From a virus (lineage: Duplodnaviria > Heunggongvirae > Uroviricota > Caudoviricetes): a stretch of DNA of 64,000 nucleotides. Position numbers and translations under genes: made by a program. The notes under the pieces are model-generated. The model made no database searches and had not been told where the DNA came from. It saw only the letters and a list, made by a program, of their open reading frames with translations. The stretch's first letter is position 1. Each line of letters opens with the position of its first letter. Of the stretch, positions 28,290-38,423 are shown in pieces. The stretch spans positions 32,603 to 96,602 of the IMG/VR virus record IMGVR_UViG_651324052_000001; one strand, given 5' to 3'.

Positions 28290-31051
28290 TTATTGCTCTG
28301 AAAAATTCTTTAGGAAAATATCTTTGTTCATTTTGTATAAATAATTGAGTATTTTTCTTGAATACTTAGAACTGATTCCTTTGGTTTTATGACTATTTCC
28401 TACACCATTGTCTAATCCAAATGCTGTTTCAATTAGTCGATTTATAGTCACGATATTTCTAATTTTGATTTTTCTTAATTCAGACAGAAGATTATTAGAT
28501 TCATAAACTAGTTGCTCATTTATAGTCTCTTGATCGTCGTTTGTAATATGAAGATTTTTTACAAATTTATCATAATCTTCAATCAAACTTCGTATTTTTG
28601 ACATCTGACGATTATTAGCCTTACCATTCATTTTAATAAAGAAATCTGAAATTGGAACAGATTTTGATGTACTTGCCGGTTTTATTTCATCAAGACATTC
28701 TTCAAGCCAATTCATTGGACATATTAGAGATGGATTGATTCTGTTTTTTAATTTATTTTTATTTTCAATGATTTCTTTTTGTGGCAATTCCTTTCCATTT
28801 TTTGTTATTGCAACTGTACGTGTATATTTCATGAACTCAGGAAAATCATATTTCTTTTTTACTATTTTTCCTCTATTATCCACACCAAGTCTAGTTAATT
28901 TCATACACGGCATTTTACTTATTCGATCAATCTCTTTCATTGCATCAATTTCATATTCCCTTTTGCAGCCATCAATAACAACTTGAGCTAAAACAGACAA
29001 TATTACAAAGTTATCATATAAATCTTTTAGCTTATTCATATCTGGATTTTCATTTTGTAATTCTGTCCAATAATATGTTAAAGCTAATTGAGCCAGGTTG
29101 CTAGAATATCCAATTCCGATTCTTGATTTCGAAAATTTATTATCCATCCGAGCATATTCCAACATAGTATTCTTATATGTAATACCGCTTTCTTTTAATG
29201 CATTTACAATTGTTGGAAAATCTCTATAACAAATTTCTGCATATTTTACCATAACAGGATTGTTTGTAACGAGGTTAAAATCAGAATCAAAATCCTCCCC
29301 GTTCATTCGATCTTGCACATCGGTTCCTATACAGTTTACCGCCATAATATTCTTACTAAAATCAAAATATCGTGACATTTCTGAACTGTATACATTATGA
29401 AAATGACAGCAATTATTAGGTGAATTATGTGGGTTTCTGAAACCACATAGATATTCACCGTCCTTAAACCTTCTTGTATAACATTGAATACTGTTTGTCT
29501 CTGGTGAAAATGTTGGATCCTGTTTCCAATCTTCTCCAACAGAGTAGAGTAAAAGAGCATATGGATTTCCACACACAGTTAGGTTATCACCGTTTACAAG
29601 AATTTTGCCTTTTCTCATTCTGTGAACATAATCAAATATAATTTTTTCTTCTCATTTCTGAACCATGATGAATTAGCAATACTATTATTATGCCTGTATA
29701 AATCAGCCAACATTTCATAATGATTTATTTCATTAGAATATTTTCGTAGGAATTTTTCAAATTCATGATTATCGGTTTTTAGCGACTCAATATATTTTAC
29801 TGTTTCAGATGCAATTTTATAAACATCTTCTTTTTGACATGGAAGAGTGTTGATCATCTGATAACTTAATTGCTGTGATTCATCAAATTTGCTCTTATGA
29901 TCTGTTTTTACGATTCCCCATATATCTCCATCTTTGTGTATTCTTTCACACCAATATTTATATGCAGCTTGTGGTGTTCCGCCCATTATATCAATAAATT
30001 TCTTCCATTTGATAGCATTATCTGTCGTGATTACTTTTATGTCTTTTGCATAGTGAAAATTTCCAAACATATCTTTTACTTGGTATGTTTCATAATCCAA
30101 GTTATTCCTCAAACACCAGTCTCTAAAAAATAATTGAATATGTCCTTTAAATCCACACATTTTAAAAAGATGATTTCTTAATAACGCCATACCATTTATC
30201 CATCTTGGAAGATATGATGATTCAATAATCCCCATACCATCCCAAAGGGTATTTTTTACCTCACGTTCTTCTGATGTAACTATACATTTTTTCTTTTCAA
30301 TACCATTTACATCTTTATATTTTTGTGCTTTTACTACTTTTACAAATGTTTTAAAGAATGAATCTTGATCTTTTAAAATTAAAATGTCTTCAACAGGTAT
30401 ATTCATTGTACCAATTATTGTTGATGTGGTAAGAGGGGCATATGCTGACATTTCAACAATCTTTGCGTTATCATGTGCCATTTTCTTTCCTAACCCTATA
30501 GTCAACCAATCATATGCATTCTCATATAATTTTTCATTGATAAAAATTACTTGTCCAATTTTTGCTTTCGCACTTGTCCTAAATAGCATCACATAATGAA
30601 TTGTTTCGATGACTTCTTTTCCTTCTTTATCGATGCGTTTATAAGATATATCAACACCATTTTGGTAGAATTCTTCTCTTAATTCATCTCGATTTTTTTC
30701 ATTATATAATTTTTGATTTCCTTTTATTTTTTTCAGTAGATAATTAATTTTTTCTTTACTTTCAATCGAATCAGCATTATCTTTTAATGCTTCCAATCTT
30801 TTCTTTTCCTGTTCATAAGAACGACTTCCAAAATCAAAATCCAGACATATTATATCGCGAGTGGATTCTTTATTATTATTTTTATTCTTATGGATCTTAA
30901 TTCCATTTTCTTTAAGATGATAACTAAATAAACTGTTGTTTAGCATAGCCTCGGTGTAAGTAAAATAGTCTCTTACGCCAATATTTGTATCATAAACCAT
31001 TCCGGCTTTTATATTTTTAATCGTAATTCCAAATTCACTTATGTCTTTCAT
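28290..31051 (-). CDS. YonO-like single-subunit phage RNA polymerase, split by a 1-nt frameshift at 29642-29647
   Basis: GFRNPHNS and RMNGEDFDSD catalytic motif; adding one A joins EKKK to IIFDYVHRMRKGK; likely ATA start at 31042. Confidence 0.8.
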
Positions 31052-31093
31052 CCTCCATCCTATATGTATATTTACATGTCTATATTCGCTGTA

Positions 31094-31294
31094 TTAATTT
31101 CTAAAGTTCTTCTCGGAATTTTCAGACCATGTAATTGATCTAGCAATCTTCTGAATTTTCTTACCATCTTCTTGACAACCATTTGTAAAAAAGTCACCAA
31201 CATTCAATGTTTCCATAGCATATTTATGAAAATCTGATCTTGTTGGAATTCTAAGGTTCATATTTGCTGTTTCTGTATAACTTGTATTGTTCAT
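31094..31294 (-). CDS. Small hypothetical protein
   Basis: 66 aa with SD AGAGGAG. Confidence 0.5.
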   Translation of the reverse strand: MNNTSYTETANMNLRIPTRSDFHKYAMETLNVGDFFTNGCQEDGKKIQKIARSITWSENSEKNFRN

Positions 31295-31533
31295 TTTTTA
31301 TCTCCTCTGTTTTAAAATATTTTTATTCATATAATTCGCTCCTTTTGATGAAGTGATTAATAATTACATTTATATATAATTCTCTCTACAAAATTCTTCT
31401 TAACAAACCTTCATGTATTTGATATAATACAATTGATGCATCACTGTAACCAGCAAACCTATATCACAACTGATTATTTAGATATAAAGATTAACAACAT
31501 TATTTGCTTTATATCTAAATTTTCTGAATTAAT

Positions 31534-31797
31534 ATGTATTATAAGAAAGGCGATATAAGGAAAGAATTACTATTTTATAGTTCTCCTGTTGTCATAGCAA
31601 TAATTTTTTCTTTTGCTAAATATGTACTTAATCTAGTTGGCTCATTAGTCACATTTATGATTAAGAAACGATATGAATTAAAAGAATTAAAATTATTACT
31701 CGACTCAGGAGTAGACAATGCCGTAGTCACAAATGACTACATTGCTTTTGGATTAAAGCAAGAATTAGGTATGATAAATTCTAATTCTCCGCAGTAA
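31534..31797 (+). CDS. Small membrane protein (antisense moron)
   Basis: 87 aa with a TM segment; upstream TGATATAAT promoter-like site. Confidence 0.4.
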   Translation: MYYKKGDIRKELLFYSSPVVIAIIFSFAKYVLNLVGSLVTFMIKKRYELKELKLLLDSGVDNAVVTNDYIAFGLKQELGMINSNSPQ

Positions 31798-32034
31798 TTC
31801 AAAATGTGTGGACAAATTTTGTTCACAAAATATCTTGTGCAGCGTAAGGTATTTTCTAGGGATACCTTTGCTGCATGTAATGTGATTGAAAAAATTATGT
31901 CTTCATTCACATCACCTCCATTTCTTTTTATTGAAACCTAGTTTTCATGTTGCTAATAATTGGTAGTGTGTTGTGTATATAAATTTTATTCACTGTTGTG
32001 CAATAGATTTTTTTAAACATCCCAATTAGATAAA

Positions 32035-32829
32035 TCAGATATTCTCTAAAAATTTAATTTGCGCTTCCATTTCATTTTTCCAACTGTATGCTTGATCAAT
32101 AACATGATTGCCATAATCATCTTTTGTGTAAACTTTATAATCTGCGAATACCTTTGGAGTTGTTGAAAAGCAAATATTTTTTTCGCCATCTAAATATCTG
32201 TTACGTTTCATTTCTTTATATTTGACAATATTTAATTTATCCAATATAGTAATAATTCTCTTAATATATCTTTCTGATATTTCTATATCATCTGATATTG
32301 TTTTTAATAATCGATAGCAACAGCGTGGTTTGTTTGGAATACGATTCATATTCAGACGTATATATGAAAGAACCAACAAAATTTGTGATGAGGAAATCCT
32401 GTTTGTCTCTATTTCGTTATTCTCTAGTTCTTTTTTGAAATTTAAAATTTTTTGTAGTTCATCAAAGTAGATAATCCCATAACGCTCAGTCATATCAAAT
32501 TTTTCGTTGTTGATTAAAACATTCAGATATTCGTTAGAATTTTTTTGTTCTGATGTCAGTCGTTTGAAGTTAAGTTTTGTTTTTATGTAATTCAGTTCAG
32601 TAAACCGTTCTAATACTGACCAATATTTTTGGTTTATTTTTCCTGTTCTATAATTTGGCTTTAATTTACTCCATTCCACAAGTTCTGTAATACTGAAAGC
32701 AACAGTATCGTCTAATGATCTGCGACAACATAAATATGAAAATATAATCACTCTTTTTTCACTAATAGAAACATCTTGAATTATTTCTTCTGGAATACGC
32801 ACATAATTCAAAATTTCACCTCCGATCAT
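32035..32829 (-). CDS. Putative DNA-binding/replication protein (wHTH-like)
   Basis: 264 aa, SITELVEWS and LLKTISDDIEISERYI HTH-like segments; iteron-like repeats upstream. Confidence 0.45.
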   Translation of the reverse strand: MIGGEILNYVRIPEEIIQDVSISEKRVIIFSYLCCRRSLDDTVAFSITELVEWSKLKPNYRTGKINQKYWSVLERFTELNYIKTKLNFKRLTSEQKNSNEYLNVLINNEKFDMTERYGIIYFDELQKILNFKKELENNEIETNRISSSQILLVLSYIRLNMNRIPNKPRCCYRLLKTISDDIEISERYIKRIITILDKLNIVKYKEMKRNRYLDGEKNICFSTTPKVFADYKVYTKDDYGNHVIDQAYSWKNEMEAQIKFLENI

Positions 32830-32844
32830 TTTTGTTAATTTTTA

Positions 32845-32911
32845 TTTAGGTACCGTCAGTTCGTACCCAAATGAAAATTTTTTTTGCATTTAGGTACCTC
32901 CTGACGTACCA
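32845..32911. repeat. Iteron-like direct repeats
   Basis: TTTAGGTACC-N-CGTACC at 32845 and 32889, 44 bp apart. Confidence 0.5.
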
Positions 32912-33034
32912 TTTGTGACAGTCAATATCAAGATAGACTCATATTATCAAGAGAAGAGTATATCTCGCGCAAAACGCTCGATTGTTTTATCACTCTAAAA
33001 CGATTTTCCTTATCTTGATTAAATTTTTTTAATA

Positions 33035-33457
33035 TTATTCTTTTTCTCTTATTCGGTTTCCTAAATATTCAGTATTTTTATCAATTGTAATTTCGCACAG
33101 ATTTTGAAAGCATAGTGTATAGTCATCTTTTTCAGAATAAGTAATGTATTTATTCGGATGTTTATCAAATCTTTTTCCCGCATTTTCGATTAGCATATTA
33201 GTGAACTCTTTATTGAATTCACCTATTAAATTATCTGTCTGAAATTTTCCAAATTGATCTAATACAAAATTGCATTTGTCCAAGTTGACATAGTAAGCCT
33301 CATAAGTTTTGAATACGCATTTAATTTTTTTCTTATAAAGTTCTCTCTTTAATACTTCTCCAAAGAATCTTGCTTTTTTGCTATAATAACGTTCACTTGC
33401 ATTTTCGATTTTTGCTGCTTTATCAGCAATTGAAACACAATGAGAGTAGTAGTTCAT
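33035..33457 (-). CDS. Hypothetical protein (probably extends to ATG 33581 through a frameshift)
   Basis: Open frame continues upstream to about 33570 without a start; SD and ATG at 33581 are in another frame. Confidence 0.45.
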   Translation of the reverse strand: MNYYSHCVSIADKAAKIENASERYYSKKARFFGEVLKRELYKKKIKCVFKTYEAYYVNLDKCNFVLDQFGKFQTDNLIGEFNKEFTNMLIENAGKRFDKHPNKYITYSEKDDYTLCFQNLCEITIDKNTEYLGNRIREKE

Positions 33458-33713
33458 TTCATCTTCAGAAGCTTGATGACTTTCAATAGAAATATCAACA
33501 TGAATATTACCGCATTCATCAATGATGGTTTCTCCACTGGATATTTCTTCACTTACTCTATAAACTTCTCTCCAAATCCATGATCTCTATTCCCTTTACA
33601 TATCTAAGTAGGAGAGTAGTAGCACTTCAGAAAATCCGTAAACGTCTTTTCCGTGTGCTTCCGTCTTTATTTTTCTATCGAAAAACTAAATCCGGAACTT
33701 TTACTTATATTGA

Positions 33714-34556
33714 TTACTTCTCTTTCTTTTCTACCGGTGTATCAAAAATGGTTTTATATTCTTTACATGGTAGAACTTGGTTATCTTCCATAATTCCAAA
33801 TTTCAATAAATTCTTGTCTATAATTTCTTCAATCATTTTTCTATAAGTAGGTACAAATTCATATGGTTCTAAAGGATAGCATGTGTCCAGATTATTTTCA
33901 TAACAGTAATCTACCTGAATTTGATTTGGATCCAATCCATATGTTTTCTTTAATTCCATTAGTATTTCTTTATATAATTCACCTCTTGTAATATTAAAAT
34001 GTTCTTCTAATAATTTATATTTGGGACTCATTTTAGAAAACCATGGATTATATGGTTTCTTATGCGTAGTCAGTCTATTTAACTGTTTTTGCTGCACAGC
34101 TAATTGTTTTTCGATTTTACAAATCTGGTTTTCATATTTTTGAAATACATTCATAAGTTGATTTAATGTGTGAGTCACACATGTAAAATCCAGAATTTCT
34201 TTACTACGATATTTTTCGACAATATCCCAAACCCAATCCATGAACTTGTTTGCTAATGGCTGTCGTGACCATCTGCAAATCTCCATAATTCCTCGTTGAG
34301 TATAATAGACAGTTTCTACATTCACACCGATACCTCCATTCTGGGGGTATCGGACTTCTGACATTCTGAAACATAAATTTTCAAGTCTATCTTTATGTTT
34401 TAAGTGAATTTTCTGAATTGCTTTTGCCGGATTTGCATATTCCAAAGCCTGTCCAATTTGCTCTCTTGTAAGAAGAATGTCATCGTTCATATTTCTATAG
34501 AAATTACATTCTAAATTTCCAAAGTTCTCAGTTGTTACTAATTTCAAATTGCTCAT
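33714..34556 (-). CDS. Bro-N-domain antirepressor-like protein
   Basis: LTREQIGQALEY...YTQRGIMEICRWS...FMDWVWDIV. Confidence 0.75.
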   Translation of the reverse strand: MSNLKLVTTENFGNLECNFYRNMNDDILLTREQIGQALEYANPAKAIQKIHLKHKDRLENLCFRMSEVRYPQNGGIGVNVETVYYTQRGIMEICRWSRQPLANKFMDWVWDIVEKYRSKEILDFTCVTHTLNQLMNVFQKYENQICKIEKQLAVQQKQLNRLTTHKKPYNPWFSKMSPKYKLLEEHFNITRGELYKEILMELKKTYGLDPNQIQVDYCYENNLDTCYPLEPYEFVPTYRKMIEEIIDKNLLKFGIMEDNQVLPCKEYKTIFDTPVEKKEK

Positions 34557-35028
34557 ATAAATTTCTTCCTTCCTTAAATTGTCGAATTAATAATTGTTAT
34601 AATCTGTGATTCGCTCTTGATTTGGAAATATGTGTAAAATTTTCTTTTGTTGTGATATTATGTAGATAAATATAAATAGGAGGTTTATGTATGAATTTTC
34701 GAGATGAGTTAAATGAAATATGCAGAACGCCTGAAGAGGTTGCCGCAGAGAAAAGTAGCAAGGAATATAAAGAAGGGGCGGAATGTGCTACCTATGTACA
34801 TAGCTGCATCAAAGATGAAATTCGTAAAAGGGTTAAAAATGGTGAGTATAAAATTGTAGATGGGAAGAAATATGTAAAATTTTATACAGATAAAGATACT
34901 TTTCCTTTTGGATTATATGGACATCCTGTAATACGTGATTTCCGTGTAAATAAAAGCTTTTTTAAGTGATATAATCAGAAATCCAATTAGCTTTAGCCGA
35001 TGGGATGAATGATGGAGAATAACTATAT

Positions 35029-35431
35029 ATGAGCAATAATTGAAAATCAAAAAATAGACACAAATACTTATTACAATATCATCTCATATTTGTCTGTAAA
35101 TACAGAAAGAAATTATTCACAAAGAAATATCAGATGATGTAAAACAGTTTTCCTATGAGATATGTCAAAGACATAATGTGATAATTCATAAGATGGAAAC
35201 AGATAAAGACCATATTCATTATATGATAGAAACAGAACCAACTATTTCTATATCTGACTTAGTAAGAATTATGAAATCATATATTACATATCACATATGG
35301 AAATTACATAAAAATTATCTATCAAAACATTTTTGAAAAAAATTACATTCTTCACCGACGGATATTTTGTGTGCAGTATTGGTAATGTTTCAGAAAAACA
35401 ATTGCGAAAATATATAGAAAATCAAGGATAA
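35029..35431 (+). pseudogene. tnpA: IS200 Y1 transposase pseudogene
   Basis: KSKNRHKYLLQYHLIFVCKYRKK, HUH motif DHIH, GYFVCSIG...YIENQG; two TGG>TGA stops and two frameshifts. Confidence 0.85.
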
Positions 35432-35467
35432 AAAGAGAATAATCTATTAGAAAGGAAGTGATTATAG

Positions 35468-36583
35468 ATGCTAAAAGCGTACAAATACAGATTGTATCCT
35501 AATAAAGAACAACAAGAATATTTTGCAAAATGTTTTGGATGTGTACGATTCATTTATAATCGTATGCTTTCAGATAAGATTAATTACTACAAAGAAACAA
35601 AGAAGAAACTGAATAATACACCTGCTCAATATAAGAAAGAGTTTGAATGGTTGAAAGAAGTTGATTCACTTGCACTTGCTAATGCTCAAATGAATTTACA
35701 AACTGCATATAACAATTTCTTCAAAAGACCAGAAGTGGGTTTTCCTAAATTTAAGAGTAAGAAGAATCATTATTATTCTTATACTACTAATAATCAAGGT
35801 GGAAATATTTATGTATCTGATAGATATATCAAACTTCCTAAAATTGGATTAGTAAGAGTAAAGAGACACAGAAACTTTGAAGGGTTAATAAAGTCAGTTA
35901 CAGTTTCGCAAACCCCATCAGGCAACTATTATGTTTCAGTTTTAGTAAATCAAGAAGAAAAAGAAAAACTTTCTAAAACAGATAACCAAATAGGAATTGA
36001 TTTAGGATTAAAAGAATTTGCGATTACTTCTAATGGTGAAATGATTCCAAATCCAAAATATCTTAGAAAGTCTGAAAAAAGATTAAGAAAATTGCAAAAG
36101 GATTTATCACGTTGTAAATCGGGAAGTAAAAATAGAGAAAAGTGCAGAATTAAGGTTGCAAAACAACATGAAAAAATTGCTAATCAAAGAAAAGATTTTC
36201 TGAATAAAGTTTCAAAACGTATCATTGACGAAAATCAAGTGGTGGTACTCGAAAGTCTTAAAGTCAAAAATATGATGAGCAATCATAAATTAGCAAAATC
36301 AATTGCTGATGTATCTTGGTCAGAGTTTGTAAGACAGTTGGAATATAAATCTGATTGGTATGGAAGAGAAATAATCAAGATTGATACTTGGTATCCATCA
36401 AGCCAGATATGTTCTAATTGTGGTCACAAAGACGGTAAGAAAGCATTATCAGTCAGAGAATGGACTTGTCCTGTTTGTGGAATACATCATGAAAGAGATA
36501 TAAATGCAGCAATAAATATTCTAAATGAAGGATTAAGATTATATAACGAAAATAAAATCGTAGGAACTACGAGGATAGCCTAG
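35468..36583 (+). CDS. tnpB: RNA-guided endonuclease TnpB
   Basis: [10 protein letters not shown]; RuvC D (GIDLG), E (VLESL), D (RDINAA); CSNCG/CPVCG Zn finger. Confidence 0.95.
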   Translation: MLKAYKYRLYPNKEQQEYFAKCFGCVRFIYNRMLSDKINYYKETKKKLNNTPAQYKKEFEWLKEVDSLALANAQMNLQTAYNNFFKRPEVGFPKFKSKKNHYYSYTTNNQGGNIYVSDRYIKLPKIGLVRVKRHRNFEGLIKSVTVSQTPSGNYYVSVLVNQEEKEKLSKTDNQIGIDLGLKEFAITSNGEMIPNPKYLRKSEKRLRKLQKDLSRCKSGSKNREKCRIKVAKQHEKIANQRKDFLNKVSKRIIDENQVVVLESLKVKNMMSNHKLAKSIADVSWSEFVRQLEYKSDWYGREIIKIDTWYPSSQICSNCGHKDGKKALSVREWTCPVCGIHHERDINAAINILNEGLRLYNENKIVGTTRIA

Positions 36584-36669
36584 GTAAACTTGTCTCGTTA
36601 GAGATATTGACTAGGAAGCCCATCGAGCTTTAGCTCGTGGGTAGTTCACCAAACTTGGAGATTATCGTG
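36540..36669 (+). ncRNA. TnpB omegaRNA scaffold plus guide (flank CAAACTTGGAGATTATCGTG)
   Basis: Overlaps the tnpB 3' end and IS right end; 5' boundary approximate. Confidence 0.65.
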
Positions 36670-37171
36670 TAAAAGTATATTACAAAATTTTTGATATTGA
36701 TTTTTATCATGGATTTATGGATGCATTTACTAAATTGATAGAAGAGGATCATATTCATGCTGAAATAATAGGGTTTTATGATAGACCTAATTCAATCCAC
36801 AATGTAGAGTTTGTTCCGACAGAGGGAGTGGTTTTCGATTCCGCTGTATCGAAATATAATTTTTCTATCTTAGGAAAATGTGAAATTACATTTTAAGTTT
36901 ATTCGTTGGCGTGGTTAGTAAAGTTCTTTAGGTACGATTTAAGGAGTATTTTTATCGTATGCAACCCAAAATCAATTTTATATGCCTGTATGGATAACTT
37001 CTTAGAGTGTAGATATAAAATCAAAATTTGACTCTATATGATGAATTTAAGTAAAAGAACAAAATTAATCTTTTCCCCTATTACAATAAGGATAACTATT
37101 ACTTGACTTTTAAACTGTATAACGTATAATTTAATTGTTGTACAGAAAATAAAGAGGAGTGAGAGGAAATT

Positions 37172-38284
37172 ATGGCATTAATAAAATGTCCTGAGTGCGG
37201 AAAAGAAGTGAGTGATAAGGCTGGGAAATGTCCTAACTGTGGATACCCGATATCAGAATTAAACGGTGAAGAGGTTCACAAAGTGGTTACTGAACCACAA
37301 AAGAAAGTAAAAGAAAATAAAAACAATATGGGAGAAAAACGAAAACCTAATAGGAAAATTATAATTTCAGTTTTGTGTATAGTTTTTGTAATAATTTTAG
37401 GAACTATATTATATATGGTTAAAACGGCAGATTCTCGTAAATATTCTTCAGCTCAAAAATTGTATAAAGAAGAAAAATTCAAAGAAGCTTTGCAGAAATA
37501 TAAAGAGTTGGATTCGTATAACGATTCTAAAGATATGGTAGAGAAATGCGAATATGAATTGTCTGTTGACGGACAGTTTATGAGAACACTTTCTAAAAGT
37601 TTAATGGCTCGTTGGGCAAAAAGTGATGAATATGAAAATGATGGAATTGTTGGTGAAAATCCTGATATTTATAACGAATATTGCGATATAGAGTTAAAGA
37701 AATTAAGTGGATTTTACAATAAAACATTTGATAATTCAAAACTTCAAGAAGATGCAAAGTTGTATATTGATTATTTGAAATCAGCAAAAGAAGCTACTTC
37801 GCATTATACGGTGGATTATACGACTTATGCAATGCAATGGAATGATACATATGCCAAGAGAACAGTCTTACTTAAAAAGTTTGTAGACAATTATGGATTG
37901 ACTGTTGATGATCAATATAATGAAACGTTAAATGATTTGTTAAAAGATGCTGTATCTGCTCAAAAGAAAATGGATGTAAGTAATTCTGTTCAAGAAATGA
38001 CAAAAACATTTTCTCTTGAAACTATACCAAATGAATTTGGTCAGAATACATATAAGTTAAATATGGTTAATTCTACAAATTTAACTTTTGACTACTTCTA
38101 TGTTGATGTTAATATTCTCGATAAAAATGGTAATATTTTGGGTAATGGTAATTCTAACCAGGTGGAATCATGGAAACCTGGTACATCCGCTTCAGTGCAG
38201 GTATTTTTCCAACCGGAGATATCGCTTGACGGTTGTACATTAGAATACATTGTTCATTATAATTCAGGATCATATTTTGAATAA
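37172..38284 (+). CDS. Zinc-ribbon, single-TM protein (moron; superinfection-exclusion-like)
   Basis: CPECG/CPNCG, TM segment, TPR-like part, C-terminal FxLYD-like beta domain. Confidence 0.6.
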   Translation: MALIKCPECGKEVSDKAGKCPNCGYPISELNGEEVHKVVTEPQKKVKENKNNMGEKRKPNRKIIISVLCIVFVIILGTILYMVKTADSRKYSSAQKLYKEEKFKEALQKYKELDSYNDSKDMVEKCEYELSVDGQFMRTLSKSLMARWAKSDEYENDGIVGENPDIYNEYCDIELKKLSGFYNKTFDNSKLQEDAKLYIDYLKSAKEATSHYTVDYTTYAMQWNDTYAKRTVLLKKFVDNYGLTVDDQYNETLNDLLKDAVSAQKKMDVSNSVQEMTKTFSLETIPNEFGQNTYKLNMVNSTNLTFDYFYVDVNILDKNGNILGNGNSNQVESWKPGTSASVQVFFQPEISLDGCTLEYIVHYNSGSYFE

Positions 38285-38423
38285 AGAATAAAACAGGTGG
38301 AATAATTCTGCCTGTTTTTCTTTTATACAGAAATGCAAACGTACTTTCGATTTTTGTATGGATATTTTTAGATAGTTTTGTTATGATATAAGTAAGAAGA
38401 TATGAGAGGAAGGAAGAGTTCAT

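Larger units (their letters stand above)
34966..36649 (+). mobile_element. IS200/IS605-family element (tnpA pseudogene + tnpB)
   Basis: TTTAA target motif; left-end hairpin AATCCAATTAGCTTTAGCCGATGGGATG; right end GAAGCCCATCGAGCTTTAGCTCGTGGGTAGTTCAC. Confidence 0.88.
34691..36896 (+). pseudogene. 173-aa hypothetical gene interrupted by an IS200/IS605 element
   Basis: Joining 34965 to 36650 restores ...NKSFF-N-KLGDYRVKVYY... with an open frame to TAA 36896. Confidence 0.7.

Noticed and set aside
29640-29650. Canonical programmed -1 frameshift in RNAP
   Set aside because: The sequence is not X XXY YYZ in frame and has no clear stimulator; an indel is more parsimonious.
35029-35431. UGA-to-Trp recoding suggested by two TGG>TGA changes in tnpA plus a phage tRNA-Trp
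   Set aside because: The tRNA anticodon is CCA, not UCA; tnpA also has frameshifts; other genes end normally at TGA.
34966-36649. IStron (group I intron-IS fusion)
   Set aside because: No group I core between the left end and tnpA; the element starts directly with the IS left-end hairpin.
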